From Schmidtea polychroa (lineage: Eukaryota), in NCBI GenBank assembly GCA_044892525.1, contig CM097885.1:39558001-39622000 (forward strand): DNA of 64,000 nucleotides, given 5' to 3'. The notes below the pieces were generated by a model, which saw only the letters and a list, made by a program, of their open reading frames with translations, was not told the DNA's origin and searched no databases. The first letter of the stretch is position 1; every line of letters starts with the position of its first letter. Made by a program: the position numbers and the translations under genes. This document shows positions 1-26,371 of this stretch, one piece after another.

Positions 1-2753
1 TCGGAATATCTAACAACTAAAAATTAAAATAATAATAAATAATATAATGGGTAATAAATTAATTAATAATATGGAAAATTTTTAAATAAAATATCTAGTA
101 AACGGATAAACTGATAAAAAGTATAATAAAAGTAGTAAAATTAGATAAACCATAAACTTTATAAAACTAAATTGATTAATGAAAACTAAAAATAAAACCA
201 ACAAAATTATTTAAATTATAAAACTTATATAACCAAATTGTTTAAATTAATGAAACTAAAATAAAACTAACTGAACTTATTTAAATTATAAAAACTGGCA
301 AAACTAAATTAAAATTAGCAAAAACTATTTAAATTATAGAATTATAAAAATAAATCTTAAAAATTAATAAAAAAATAGAATTTTGATTAATCAAATTAAT
401 TAAATTAAAAATTAAACAATTGCACACATTCATGCATGCATGCAAAAATTAATCAGATTTGCCTCGCATTCTAATTGGATATTGTAGCAGAGAATGCTTA
501 GGCGTATAATTCAATCAGTATAAATACTGAGTGAAATTTCATTTTTTTTGGAAAGTAGTCACGCTCAACTGGTTAACTGAAAATCGCTACAGTAGACAAT
601 GCAAATCCCGTGTCCCTCGATTGTTAGTTTTATGCATGCGTGGTGAGGTAAATTTGATTTTGTTAATTTTATGTAAATGATAAATTTATAAAATAATATG
701 TAATTTTTAGAATTTAGTAATTGAATTTGTTTGGCTAATTTTGTGTCTGTTCATTTTAATTTAACTTGGAATAATATTTTAATAGGAGTAAGATGAGTTT
801 GATTTTATTAATGACAAATTTATATGATGTAAAATGTAATTTGTAGGATTGAATAAATTTTTTAATTGGATTTGTTTTTAATTGATTCTGGAGTCTTGTT
901 TATGATATTTTCTTTTGGATAATATGATAATGTAGGTTGGTTTTTTTATGAAATTTATGTGTCGATGCTCTAGATTCAGCGGAATAGTTGCGAACTGATG
1001 ACATTCATGTCGTTGGTCAGCAGATGTTTCGTCAGTTTGGTCCATCGGATTAGAGGATATAGATAGTGATAAGAACGAATGGAGAGCGTAAAGTCGTTTT
1101 AAGATTGTTTATGACCTTGTTTAGGTTTAGATAGTATAGGATGGCTCAGTCACTTTTAATTTCAGAGATATCACTGAGTTAGGAGAAATACTAGGATAGT
1201 TAGGACCAGTTGTCGGTAGATGAAGTAGGTTTAGGCAATTTTATGGAAACCACGAATAGTAAAGATATCCTATTGTCCAGAATTAGGAATACAGGCAGAT
1301 CCCTGCTCAAATTTTTATTGGGAGTGCGAAAACAGGTTTATCAACTTGGGAATAAGGGCAGACCTCTACTCAAATTTTTGAAGAATTAAGTTATATTTTT
1401 CACAAGAACCGCCGAAAATATGGAACGACATTTATCGACAAATATCATAGAAAACACATGATGATTTACGACAGAAAAATAATGGCGCATCCCTGCACAA
1501 AATTTTGAAAAAAGAACAATAGGAAACATATTGAAATGAGGACCATAGCTAAATAAAATAGAAAAGTGGAAAGTAGAAATAGAAAATGACTAATGACGTA
1601 AGACCTTCTATCGGCCGTCTAGAACCCGAAGAGAAAATCAAATGGGGAGTAGTTTTAGCAATAAAGCTCACCTGCTCATTGTTTTTTCGCCTTTGTGTAC
1701 AGTACCAACATGGCTGGCGCCATGGGTACACAAATGGTTAAAGTACAATAGTCATGGAGGTGCATAGGAAAGAGTCGAGTGAATATATATGATTACCCTT
1801 AACGTATCTAAAATTTAAAATGACACACCCCTAAGTACCCAACAAGATCTATTACTGGACGAACGTACTAATTATATCAAGCGTATTTATAGTAAAATAA
1901 CCTTAACGTTTTTAATATAATTATCTATATTTTTTTATATTCTTATTAAACCGAAATTTATTTATATTACATTAAGCCGTATTTGTATTATAAAATTAAA
2001 TATAGACAATAATCAATAAAATTAAAAGTAGTAACATTGATCATATAAAAATTAATCACATGGATGAAAAGTCAACGTGTTCGAAGAATAAATAACTACA
2101 ATATATAAAATAAATAATTGTCAGCTGTACAAGAAAGGATAGATTGTCATATATACAATATTTGGGATTTGTATTTGGTTGATTATTTGTGGCAATTGCT
2201 CTAGGAATTGATTTTATTCTCTGTACACGGCATATATATTTACTTAGTATTTGTTTGGGCCTATTTGATAATATTTCGTTAGGGCAAATACTTAAATGGG
2301 TCGGCCCCTGCCATTCAACAATGAAATAATAGTTGAACTTGCAAAAAGATCAAACGCAAGAAGATTGTGAAGACATTTATCAGATGTTTAAAAGGAATAG
2401 AATCATAAATGGCCCAAAGAACTGATATTAAGAAACAGAGTAGATCTTATAAATTTAATTGTTTTTTGTTATAATCAATAAATAATAGTTTCTTGTTAGC
2501 AGAATAAATTAAATGTTTAACATATCTTATATTTTCTTATCTGCGAAATTTTGAAATTTCATTTAAAAATTATTAAATATTTTAAAGAATGTGTTTTGAT
2601 ATTTAAAATAAAACAGTTGTTATCGATAATTTTAAGGATCGTAAATGTTCTTTTGTTTAATTAATATCATTCAAAGCTGGTAATTTAATTTATGTTTTTA
2701 TTTAAATAATTAGTTTTATTTTTTGATTTTTATTTACAAAACACATATTATTC

Positions 2754-18194
<15,441 letters not shown>

Positions 18195-18569
18195 TTATAA
18201 TCGATTCAAATGTGATTATACAATGAAATTTTTCTCGTTCTTTCAATAAATTTTGGTATTGACTTTGGATTTATTTTATTTAATAAACTGTTAAAATACG
18301 CTTTATTAAAGAGCATCATTTAAAATCGGCTTGGATAGATTAGCAATTGAAATTGAAAATAGGAACGCTAGTACATTATTAACAAGGACATGTGTCATAA
18401 TGCATAATCATTAGGATCAATAAAACATTGAAAGCTGTGTTTTTTTTCGGAAAAAAAGTATTACAGTAGATACTCGAGTATACCGGGAGGTTTTGTGACA
18501 CAAAATTGGATAAAAACTTGTAAATCGCGTTATATTCATCCATTTCTGATATAAATTTATACTCTAGTA

Positions 18570-20630
18570 CAGGGGTGCCCATAAGGTCGATCGCGAAGGA
18601 ATTTTTAGTAGATCTTCATAAAAAAAATATTTTTTATATAAATTTAGATTTTATATAAAATTTCTGTTTTATGCTTAAATTTTTGTGTAACAAAGTGAAA
18701 AATTTTCTTAAGCTTTTTTGTTAAATTAATTTTGTTTAAAAATGATAAATAAAAAAATTTTGGTGTAACAAAGTGAAAAATTTTCTTAAGCTTTTTTGTT
18801 AAATTAATTTTGTTTAAAAATGCTAAATAAAAAAGCCAAGACTTATCATTATAGCGAAGAAATGGAGAAGGAGTACTTTTTTGTAATGATTAAAGGTAAA
18901 TGTTGTTGCTTAATTTGTAAAGCTACTATTTCATTACCAAAAAGAGGGAATTTGGAAAGGCATTTCAAGACAATTCATAAGAATTTTGCAGTTGATTATC
19001 CACTTGACAGTGAACTACGCAAGTCTAAAATCATGGAACTGAAAACATGCATTTCTTTTCAACAGTCATTTTTTACGAAGCTAACATCCAAATCAAAGTC
19101 AGCTACAGCTGCATCTTTCCGAGTAAGCTACATTCTGGCAAAAAATAAGAAATCTTTTAGTGATGGAGTAATTGTAAAAGAAGCATTTTTAGAAGCGGCA
19201 GAATCATTATTTTGTGATTTTAAAAATAAATAAGATATAATTTCTGCTATTACTGATATGCAATTGTCCCGTAATACAGTTACACGGAGAGTCCAAGAAA
19301 TAAGTACCAATTTAAAAAATCAGTTAATGTTAGACATAGGAAATTGTACCGCATTTTCATTGCAAGCAGACGAATCAACTGATGCGGCTGATATTTCGCA
19401 GCTTTTAATTTTTATTCGAATGGTCTTTAAAGATTTTTCTACGAAGGAAGAATTATTAACAATTATACCACTCAAAAGTAAAACTCGAGGTGAGGATATA
19501 TTTCAGAATTTTAAAGCTTATGCCAACAGCATTCAGCTCCAAATTTGTAAGCTTGTATCAATAACAACAGATGGCGCACCAGCTATGACAGGGCGTCACA
19601 ACGGATTTATAGCATATTGTAGGAATGATTGTGAATTCCCAGATTTTCTTTCCTACCACTGTATTATTCATCAACAAGCCTTGTGTGCTAAAATTCTGAA
19701 TATGAGAGATATTATGGAAATAACATTCAAAATTGCTAACTCGATTCGTGCAAGAAGTCTTCAGAGACGACTTTTCAAATTACAAATTGAAGAAAGTAAT
19801 AGCGAAGGTCCTGCTGAATTACTGATGCATTCAGATGTAAGGTGGCTAAGTCGAGGAAAATTCTTACAAAGATTTAGAGATTTGCTTTCTGAGATTAAGT
19901 TGTTCCTTGCCGCAAGAGGTGATGAGTTCAAGCAATTGGTAGATGATGTTTGGCTCTTGGATTTGGCATTTTAGTTGATATTACTGCAATTCTGAATGAA
20001 TTAAATCTCGACTTACAAGGTAAGGATAAATTGATATTCGATATGATAAGTTCAATCAATGCATTTATACAAAAGCTTCATTTACTTATTACCAAAATAG
20101 AAGAAAAAAATTTAAGTTATTTTCCAAATATGTTGTCACAATTAAAAGAATCTGAAAATGTCAACTTTAATATTACGAGATATGCGGAACAGATCAAAAT
20201 TTTGGTTTTAGAGTTCGAGAGACGTTTTCAAGACTTCAAGAAACTTGAAATTGTGGCTGCATTAATGTCCTTTCCGTTTAATCCAAAAATAAAACCAGAA
20301 ATTGTTGCAGATTCAATTTCAACTTTGTTTAAAATGGATATCCCTATACTTGAAATGGAAATAATCACACTTCAAAATGATATCTTCATTAAATCAAGAT
20401 CTTCCGAACCAAATGTATGGAAATATCTATCAGAGGATAAATATTCAAACTTGAAAAAAATGCTTCGAAAATTTAGTATCATTTTTTGGTTCAACTTATT
20501 TATGTAAGTCTGCATTTTCACATATGAAAATTATAAAGTCAAAGTACCGAGCAACATTAACAGATGACCATTTGGAATCCAGCCTAAGAAGTTGTCTTAG
20601 CACTTATATCCCAAACTACAAAAATCTAAA
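18570..20630 (+). mobile_element. hAT DNA transposon (Buster/Charlie/GTF2IRD2-like), 3'-truncated, inactivated
   Basis: 5' TIR CAGGGGTGCCCA at 18570 preceded by ctctagta (Buster-like NNNTANNN target); ORFs 18820..19233, 19258..19974, 19950..20507 with CLIC..RHFKTIH, ADESTD, TTDGAPAM, HCIIHQ, RWLSRG; no 3' TIR before the retroelement sequence begins. Confidence 0.9.
18820..20630 (+). pseudogene. hAT transposase pseudogene (element 2)
   Basis: stop at 19231-19233; frameshifts near 19970 and 20460; C-terminal dimerisation motif (FGSTYLCKSAFSHMKIIK) present but the last residues are lost at the junction. Confidence 0.88.
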
Positions 20631-21284
20631 AAGATCCATAACGTAATATCTCCAGAAACAATAGCATGTGTTAATAGTTTTCTTGATCTTGTTGACGAAA
20701 CCTTTCCCAATAAATTTTAAAACAATAATATCCTTACTAAATTAATGGAAACAATTAATAATGAGAAATTAATAGATGACACATATGGCGTTAAAGCGAA
20801 GCGATTTATTTATTTTTTGTTGAGAGATACAAAGAAATTTATGGATAAAAACCAGAAATTCCGTCTGTTTGAAACAAGTAATAAATATTGCACTCCAGAG
20901 ATGTGCCAGCAAATTTCTCTAATAATAACTAAATTAAAATTAATTGTTAACCAAATCAATGTAAAAGAAACAGCCGAAACCAATTGCGATATTGACAATC
21001 CAACTACCAACAATGATGTTTTGGACCCTATCGTTGTCATAGAAGAAATCAACTGTATGAAATGTAATAACATCCTTGAAAAATTCATTTTGGCCAGAGA
21101 AGGAATGAATGTTAACATTTGTGAAAACTGTTTATTTGACGCCATTTCCACTGATCAATCAAATTCTAGTCAAGTCAATCCAATCCCTACAGAGACTATT
21201 GAAGAACCTCTCACAAAGAAATCTGCTAAAAAATCGCGAGCTACGACACTAAAAAAACAATCATCAAAGACCAAATGAAGATGT

Positions 21285-21821
21285 GTGCCTGCATCAGCTC
21301 AAGCGTCTGCCGTTCCCTCTAATGAGACTGATGCAGAGAGCACAATAGATAATTACTATTTACCAATTGACGATTTTGATCCTGAAATGTGGTTCTCTGA
21401 TAATGATATTGATTGGTATCTTGAAAACCATATCGACAATCCAATGCATGGATACATCAAATGCTTCATCGTTAATATTCTATGCTCGAATATTCAAGAA
21501 GAAATTGTTGCAATTCCACAGTCAATTACCAATGCTGAAATGAATTTTTGTCCACTTAATATAAGCAATTCCCATTTGATTCTTTTTGTATACTGTAAGA
21601 AATCAAATTCATCTTACTTTATTGATCCAATTTTTAATAACCGAAATAATCTAATCAACAAACAAATGGCTCTTAAAATGAATATTGCACTAAATAGATT
21701 TTTCAACCTCAAGATAGCAGTGTCATATCATTCGCATACAAATCTTCAATATCAAAATAACAACTTTGACTGTGGTCCATTCACTGGAACAGCTTTCCTG
21801 ATGGATTCATTGAAGAAATAA
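21285..21821 (+). pseudogene. Ulp1/SENP (peptidase C48)-like cysteine protease domain of the retrotransposon
   Basis: WFSDNDIDWY, PLNISNSHLILFV (His), YFIDP (Asp), QYQNNNFDCGPF (Gln/Cys); Ulp1 domains are established features of some NeSL-clade elements. Confidence 0.8.
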
Positions 21822-23447
21822 GACGAAATGTTCATCGATATCAGAAACACTTGGTTAATGGTGCACCAAATTTAATTGGAGGTGCTAAAAACAATTTAAA
21901 TATGGCAACAATCAATTTCAAGAAGGCTATCGCTAAATCTAAAACTACAAATAATAATTTAAACATTACTAAAATTCTCAACAACCAAGCGCCATGTGTG
22001 TCATCACTAATTGGTAAATATTATAAAGAGAATTCTAAAATCTTGGTTTTATCTGCCAATTTAACATCCAATTTAATTGCGCAAAATGACTCTTTTATAG
22101 CCGACAATGTCACCTTTAAACAATTTAAAGGAATCGATCACATTCTTGGTGTCATTCCAAAATTTAAAGATTGGTGTCTTTTCATATACTCCAGCAAACT
22201 TAACCGTAGCTACATTTTTGATTTTAATTATAGAAATATTGATGAGAGATTGATTGAAATTGGTGAAAAGATGACCGATTATCTCAATCAATTTTGTCTT
22301 AATCGAAAAATTAAATTCATAGCTGATCATCGAATCTCGCATCCTTCCTTTCACTCTAATGACAATCAATACTTTGCAAGTTCCTTTATTGTGTTTTTTG
22401 AGAAATTTGTCTTTGAAAGACTCTTGGATTATGATAAAGTATATGATACACTTGGTGAATTAAAATCTCAGTCGTGCATTGAAATTTCTCCCAACTTTAA
22501 TTTAATCAACGGTAAAATAACTGATAAAATTATTAATGAATATTTTATGAACCTAAAATTATCGAATAATTATATTCTCCTAAACAGAACTTTGTCTGCT
22601 GCAATTTCAGATGATTGTACTCAATACTTAAATGATTTTTTAAACATTGAGGACATGATGAAGGCAAATGTAATCTTTGCAATAATTTCTCCTCCCAAGG
22701 CCCATGAATTGCTGTTGGTAATTGATTACGACACAGACGAACATTATTTTCTTAGTCCAGTGACCAATGATTTGAATGTGTTTTCTCAAGCTTTCTCTTA
22801 TAACATTGTGCTCAAAATTAATGAGCTAAGACAAAGTAAAGGGCGTTCAATGACAATTGGCCACTGCCCACATGATATAAGAGGTTCTGGTTTATTTAGC
22901 AAAATATTAATTTGTGCATTTATCAAAAACTACACTCAAGATAAATCTCTTGAAAATATTAACTTGACTGAAATTTCTGAAATAATCAACTCTCTAGTTC
23001 CAATAGTTGATAATAATGACATTGTCAAAATTGAGAGACGTGGAAAATTGAAAATTGCTAATTCTTTGAAACTAACTTTGAAGCAACGCAAAGATAGAAT
23101 TGATGAGCTTTTAACTACATTGTCTAACTCTAATGTTGATGAAATTATCTCTACTATTCTGGCAAATATTCCTCATCTAGAAAATTTGCAGGATCAAGAA
23201 TTTCGAGAGCCATATCTTGGGAAAAATCACAATAAACCTAAAAAATTCAACAATTCTACTGAATTTCTGAAAAATATGAAAAAGACTAAACAGAATTTTA
23301 GGTAATCAGAGTGAAAAAGCCGAACCACCATTTCAGGAAATTATAAACACTTTCACTCATCAAGATACTTTACCTGGAAGTTGGAACAACGTTTTAAACT
23401 TTAGTAAAATCTCGAAAAGCTTACTTGAATTAGAAATTACTACGCCA

Positions 23448-24773
23448 ATGGAAATTCTTTCCAATCTTCAGGAAGCTGATAATTCTACGCCCGGACTTGA
23501 TAATGTATATTATAAAGACCTTCTGTTACTTGATCCAGATTGTAAGCTTCTAGCGTTACTTTTCAACAAAGTCATTCAACTGAAATCTATCCCTACAAGT
23601 TGGAAAACTTTTAAAACAATATTAATTCCGAAACCTGATAAAAATGACCAATACCATAAAGTATCTTCATGGCGACCAATCGCATTACTGTCAGTGATTT
23701 ACAAAGTTTTCGCTTCAGTTCTTGCAACTCGTCTTAGTTTATGGATTAAAGAAAATAATCTGCTGCATATTGGCCAAAAGGGTGGTTCAGAATACGAAGG
23801 ATGTATTGAACACAACTCAATTCTCTCTGCGATTGTCGAGCATTCAAAATATAGTAAATCTTCACCTTTAGCAATAGCATGGCTTGACATCAAAGACGCT
23901 TTCGGAAGTGTTCCACACGAATACATGTGGACATTGTTAAGACATATGAACTTTGGTGAAAACTTTGTGAATATCCTGAAATTACTTTATACAGATACGA
24001 GCTCTTTTTATCGCTGTAACAAAATGCAGACACCAAATATTCCAATAAAGAAAGGTGTAAAACAAGGCTGCCCGATCTCTATGATTCTGTTTGCAATAGC
24101 TATTAATCCGGTTCTTGAAGCTATTACCGCATCTAACATTACACCTTTTATGATAGGCTCTTCTCAAGTACAAGTGTTAGCTTATGCTGATGACATTGTA
24201 CTTATTGCAACTAGCTCAACTGACCTCCAAAAGCTAATTGGCGTAGCTGTAAAAACTGCCAATAATATTGGATTTGAATATCGCCCTGAAAAATGTGCAT
24301 ATATACAATACCCAAAACTAGAAACGGTCAGTGAAATCGTTGTCAACAATGATTTAATTAAAAAACTTGCTGGTAATGAATTTAACCAATACTTAGGAGT
24401 GCCAATAGGTGATAATAATGATCAAAGTCCCTATGAAATCGTCAGCCAAGTCATTGATACTAAAAAGATTGCAAACTCTGATCTCTATGGTTGGCAAAAG
24501 CTCAAAGCTTATAAAATCTTCCTGCATTCGCGCCTTATTTTCCCATTTAGAACTAGGGAAATTAAAACTAGTTCATTAACATCTCCTAGTAGTAACTCAA
24601 GGATAAATGTAAATAGTACTAGCCAATTGAGGAGCCATTTGAGGAAAATATTAAATTTACCAAACCATTCTGAAATAAGTTATTTCTATAATGCCACTGA
24701 AAATGGTGGAGCTGGCTGTATTGACCTTCTTGATGAGTATCACACACAGTCGATTGTTTACTTCTTCCGTTAA
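23448..24773 (+). pseudogene. reverse transcriptase domain of the non-LTR element
   Basis: PGLD, IPK, WRPIAL, QKG, WLDIKDAFGSVPH, GVKQGCPIS, LAYADD, YLG, GGAG motifs. Confidence 0.96.
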
Positions 24774-24821
24774 CTAACATCAACTTGCGACTATTCAAAA
24801 AAGATAAACACTTTTTCACTC

Positions 24822-25843
24822 TTGTCTGTGACAAGTCCAAGACTCGGAATCAAAGAACCAACTCTCAGTCAAAGCTTGGAATGGGTTAATGGAAAAGAAA
24901 CCAAATTAAATCATAGTGGTAGTAAAACTCGCTTCTACCGATTGCGTGCATCAATTGCATATTTCAATCGAGTTCACAACATTAAAATTTCGTTCGAAAC
25001 TTTCAAACAAAATCCTTCGATTCGGCTCACTACTTCATTAACTGGCACTCGCATATTATTACCAAAATTAAGAAAAGCATTATCAAAGATTCTCCATTCT
25101 GCTCTTCAAGATTCGTATCTCGAAAAGTGGGAGAAGAGTAATCAAAGTAATCTAATTGTATCTGCTCTCAAACTTTGTCCATTTGTCAACAAACTAATCT
25201 TTCGTAGTGACTTGACAGACTTTGAATGGAATTTCATTAATCAAGCTCGAACAAATACACTCTCTACATTTGCAAAGCCACATAAAACTGGCGAAGACCG
25301 CCTTTGTCGTAGGTGTAAATTTGAAGATGAGACAATTTTACATGTACTCCAAACTTGTAGAATCAATCAATCATTAGCAACTAATCGACATAATGCTTGC
25401 TTGGAAAAAATTAAAGATGCACTTAAAAATCCTGAACTCTTGGTTGTCACTGATCATAAATGTTCTCTTGTACCGACTTCCAACGAACAGGTTGATCTTT
25501 TAATAACCAATACCGAGAGAAAAACGATTTTACTAGTAGACATGAAATGTCCAATTGATTCTGTAATTAATTTTGAGCGAGTCGACAAATTAAATTTGGA
25601 AAAATATGATAAATAAAAACAGATATACAAACAGTTAAACCTGATTACAAAGTTGAATTGTTCACATGCATCATGGGTTCCTTGGGATCAATTGAACCAA
25701 AAACTTCTGATTTTTTATTAAAAATGGGAATTCCACAAACAAAAATCAAAGGTTTGATGAAGGAATGTGCAATAAGTAACATTGCACATTCGGCAAAGAT
25801 TTGGTATTTTCATTGTAATGGAAAGCTTCCAAACTTTGAATAA
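24822..25843 (+). pseudogene. C-terminal CCHC zinc knuckle plus restriction-like endonuclease
   Basis: CRRCKFEDETILHVLQTC, RHN, (V)DLL...LVDMKCP (PD..D-xK type; P replaced by V), KY, GSLG; in-frame stop at 24771 and a frameshift near 25615. Confidence 0.9.
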
Positions 25844-26053
25844 TTAAAATAAATTGGTTTTCAACATAGGAAAATAATTAAATTTAAAACTTTTATTAAT
25901 TTGATTATTAAAACAAACTAAATTTAAATTTCATTAAAAAAAATTAACTAATTATTAAAGAAACTTTCATTTTTTCGAGATGAATATTCTGCGACAAAGC
26001 AAATTTGAGAATTTAGATCTTCAATCTACTAAAGACAAGTCGCAATGCCGGAT

Positions 26054-26082
26054 GATTGCAGGTTCGAGTCCTGCCAGGGTCG
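26054..26082 (+). pseudogene. 3' remnant of tRNA-Arg(TCG) (nt 45-73) at the retrotransposon junction
   Basis: gattgcaggttcgagtcctgccagggtcg lies exactly 278 bp before the same motif of the first intact copy; the 5' part is replaced by retroelement 3' UTR. Confidence 0.95.
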
Positions 26083-26287
26083 TATTATTTTTTGTCATTC
26101 TTGTTAATTCTAATTTTTAGGCCGTTGCAAGAAACAAGAAAGAAAGATAGATAGATGATATATTATTTTCAAATTTTTGATCGAGGAATCAACTTCATCA
26201 TCATCTATCCTTCGTGATAAAGTTTGAAAATTTCCAAGTTTTTTTTCAACTGTGTTTTAGGTTAATTAAATTGAAAATGTATTTTAA

Positions 26288-26360
26288 GGCCCTGTGGCCC
26301 AATGGATAAGGCGTCTGACTTCGAATCAGAAGATTGCAGGTTCGAGTCCTGCCAGGGTCG
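26288..26360 (+). tRNA. tRNA-Arg-TCG: tRNA-Arg(TCG), first intact copy of the array (repeated every 278 bp)
   Basis: 73-nt GGCCCTGTGGCCCAATGGATAAGGCGTCTGACTTCGAATCAGAAGATTGCAGGTTCGAGTCCTGCCAGGGTCG; acceptor GGCCCTG/CAGGGTC, anticodon stem TCTGA/TCAGA with TCG at 34-36, T-arm GCAGG-TTCGAGT-CCTGC; A and B boxes intact; no intron. Confidence 0.98.
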
Positions 26361-26365
26361 TATTA

Positions 26366-26371
26366 TTTTTT
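26366..26371 (+). terminator. RNA polymerase III T6 terminator (present in each unit)
   Basis: TTTTTT starts 6 nt after the tRNA 3' end. Confidence 0.8.

Larger units (their letters stand above)
20630..26053 (+). mobile_element. non-LTR retrotransposon of the RLE (R2 superfamily, NeSL-like) type, 5'-truncated and decayed, 3' end joined to tRNA-Arg(TCG)
   Basis: Single long ORF broken into 20745..21278, 21285..21821, 21851..23305, 23448..24773, 24822..25616, 25658..25843; Ulp1-like protease, RT, CCHC and RLE motifs; ~210-bp 3' UTR without a poly(A) tail abuts tRNA position 45 at 26054. Confidence 0.92.

Noticed and set aside
483..591. Possible short solo LTR (TGTAGC...GCTACA with internal TATAAAT)
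   Set aside because: No target-site duplication, no second copy and no gag/pol sequence recognised
1549..2460. Possible divergent gene or exon remnants upstream of Vps33 (splice-like signals on the minus strand near 1670-1810)
   Set aside because: All frames I tested hit stops and no recognisable protein motif was found
20810..24840. Minus-strand ORFs within the retroelement and the hAT elements
   Set aside because: Antisense shadows of plus-strand coding sequence with no motifs
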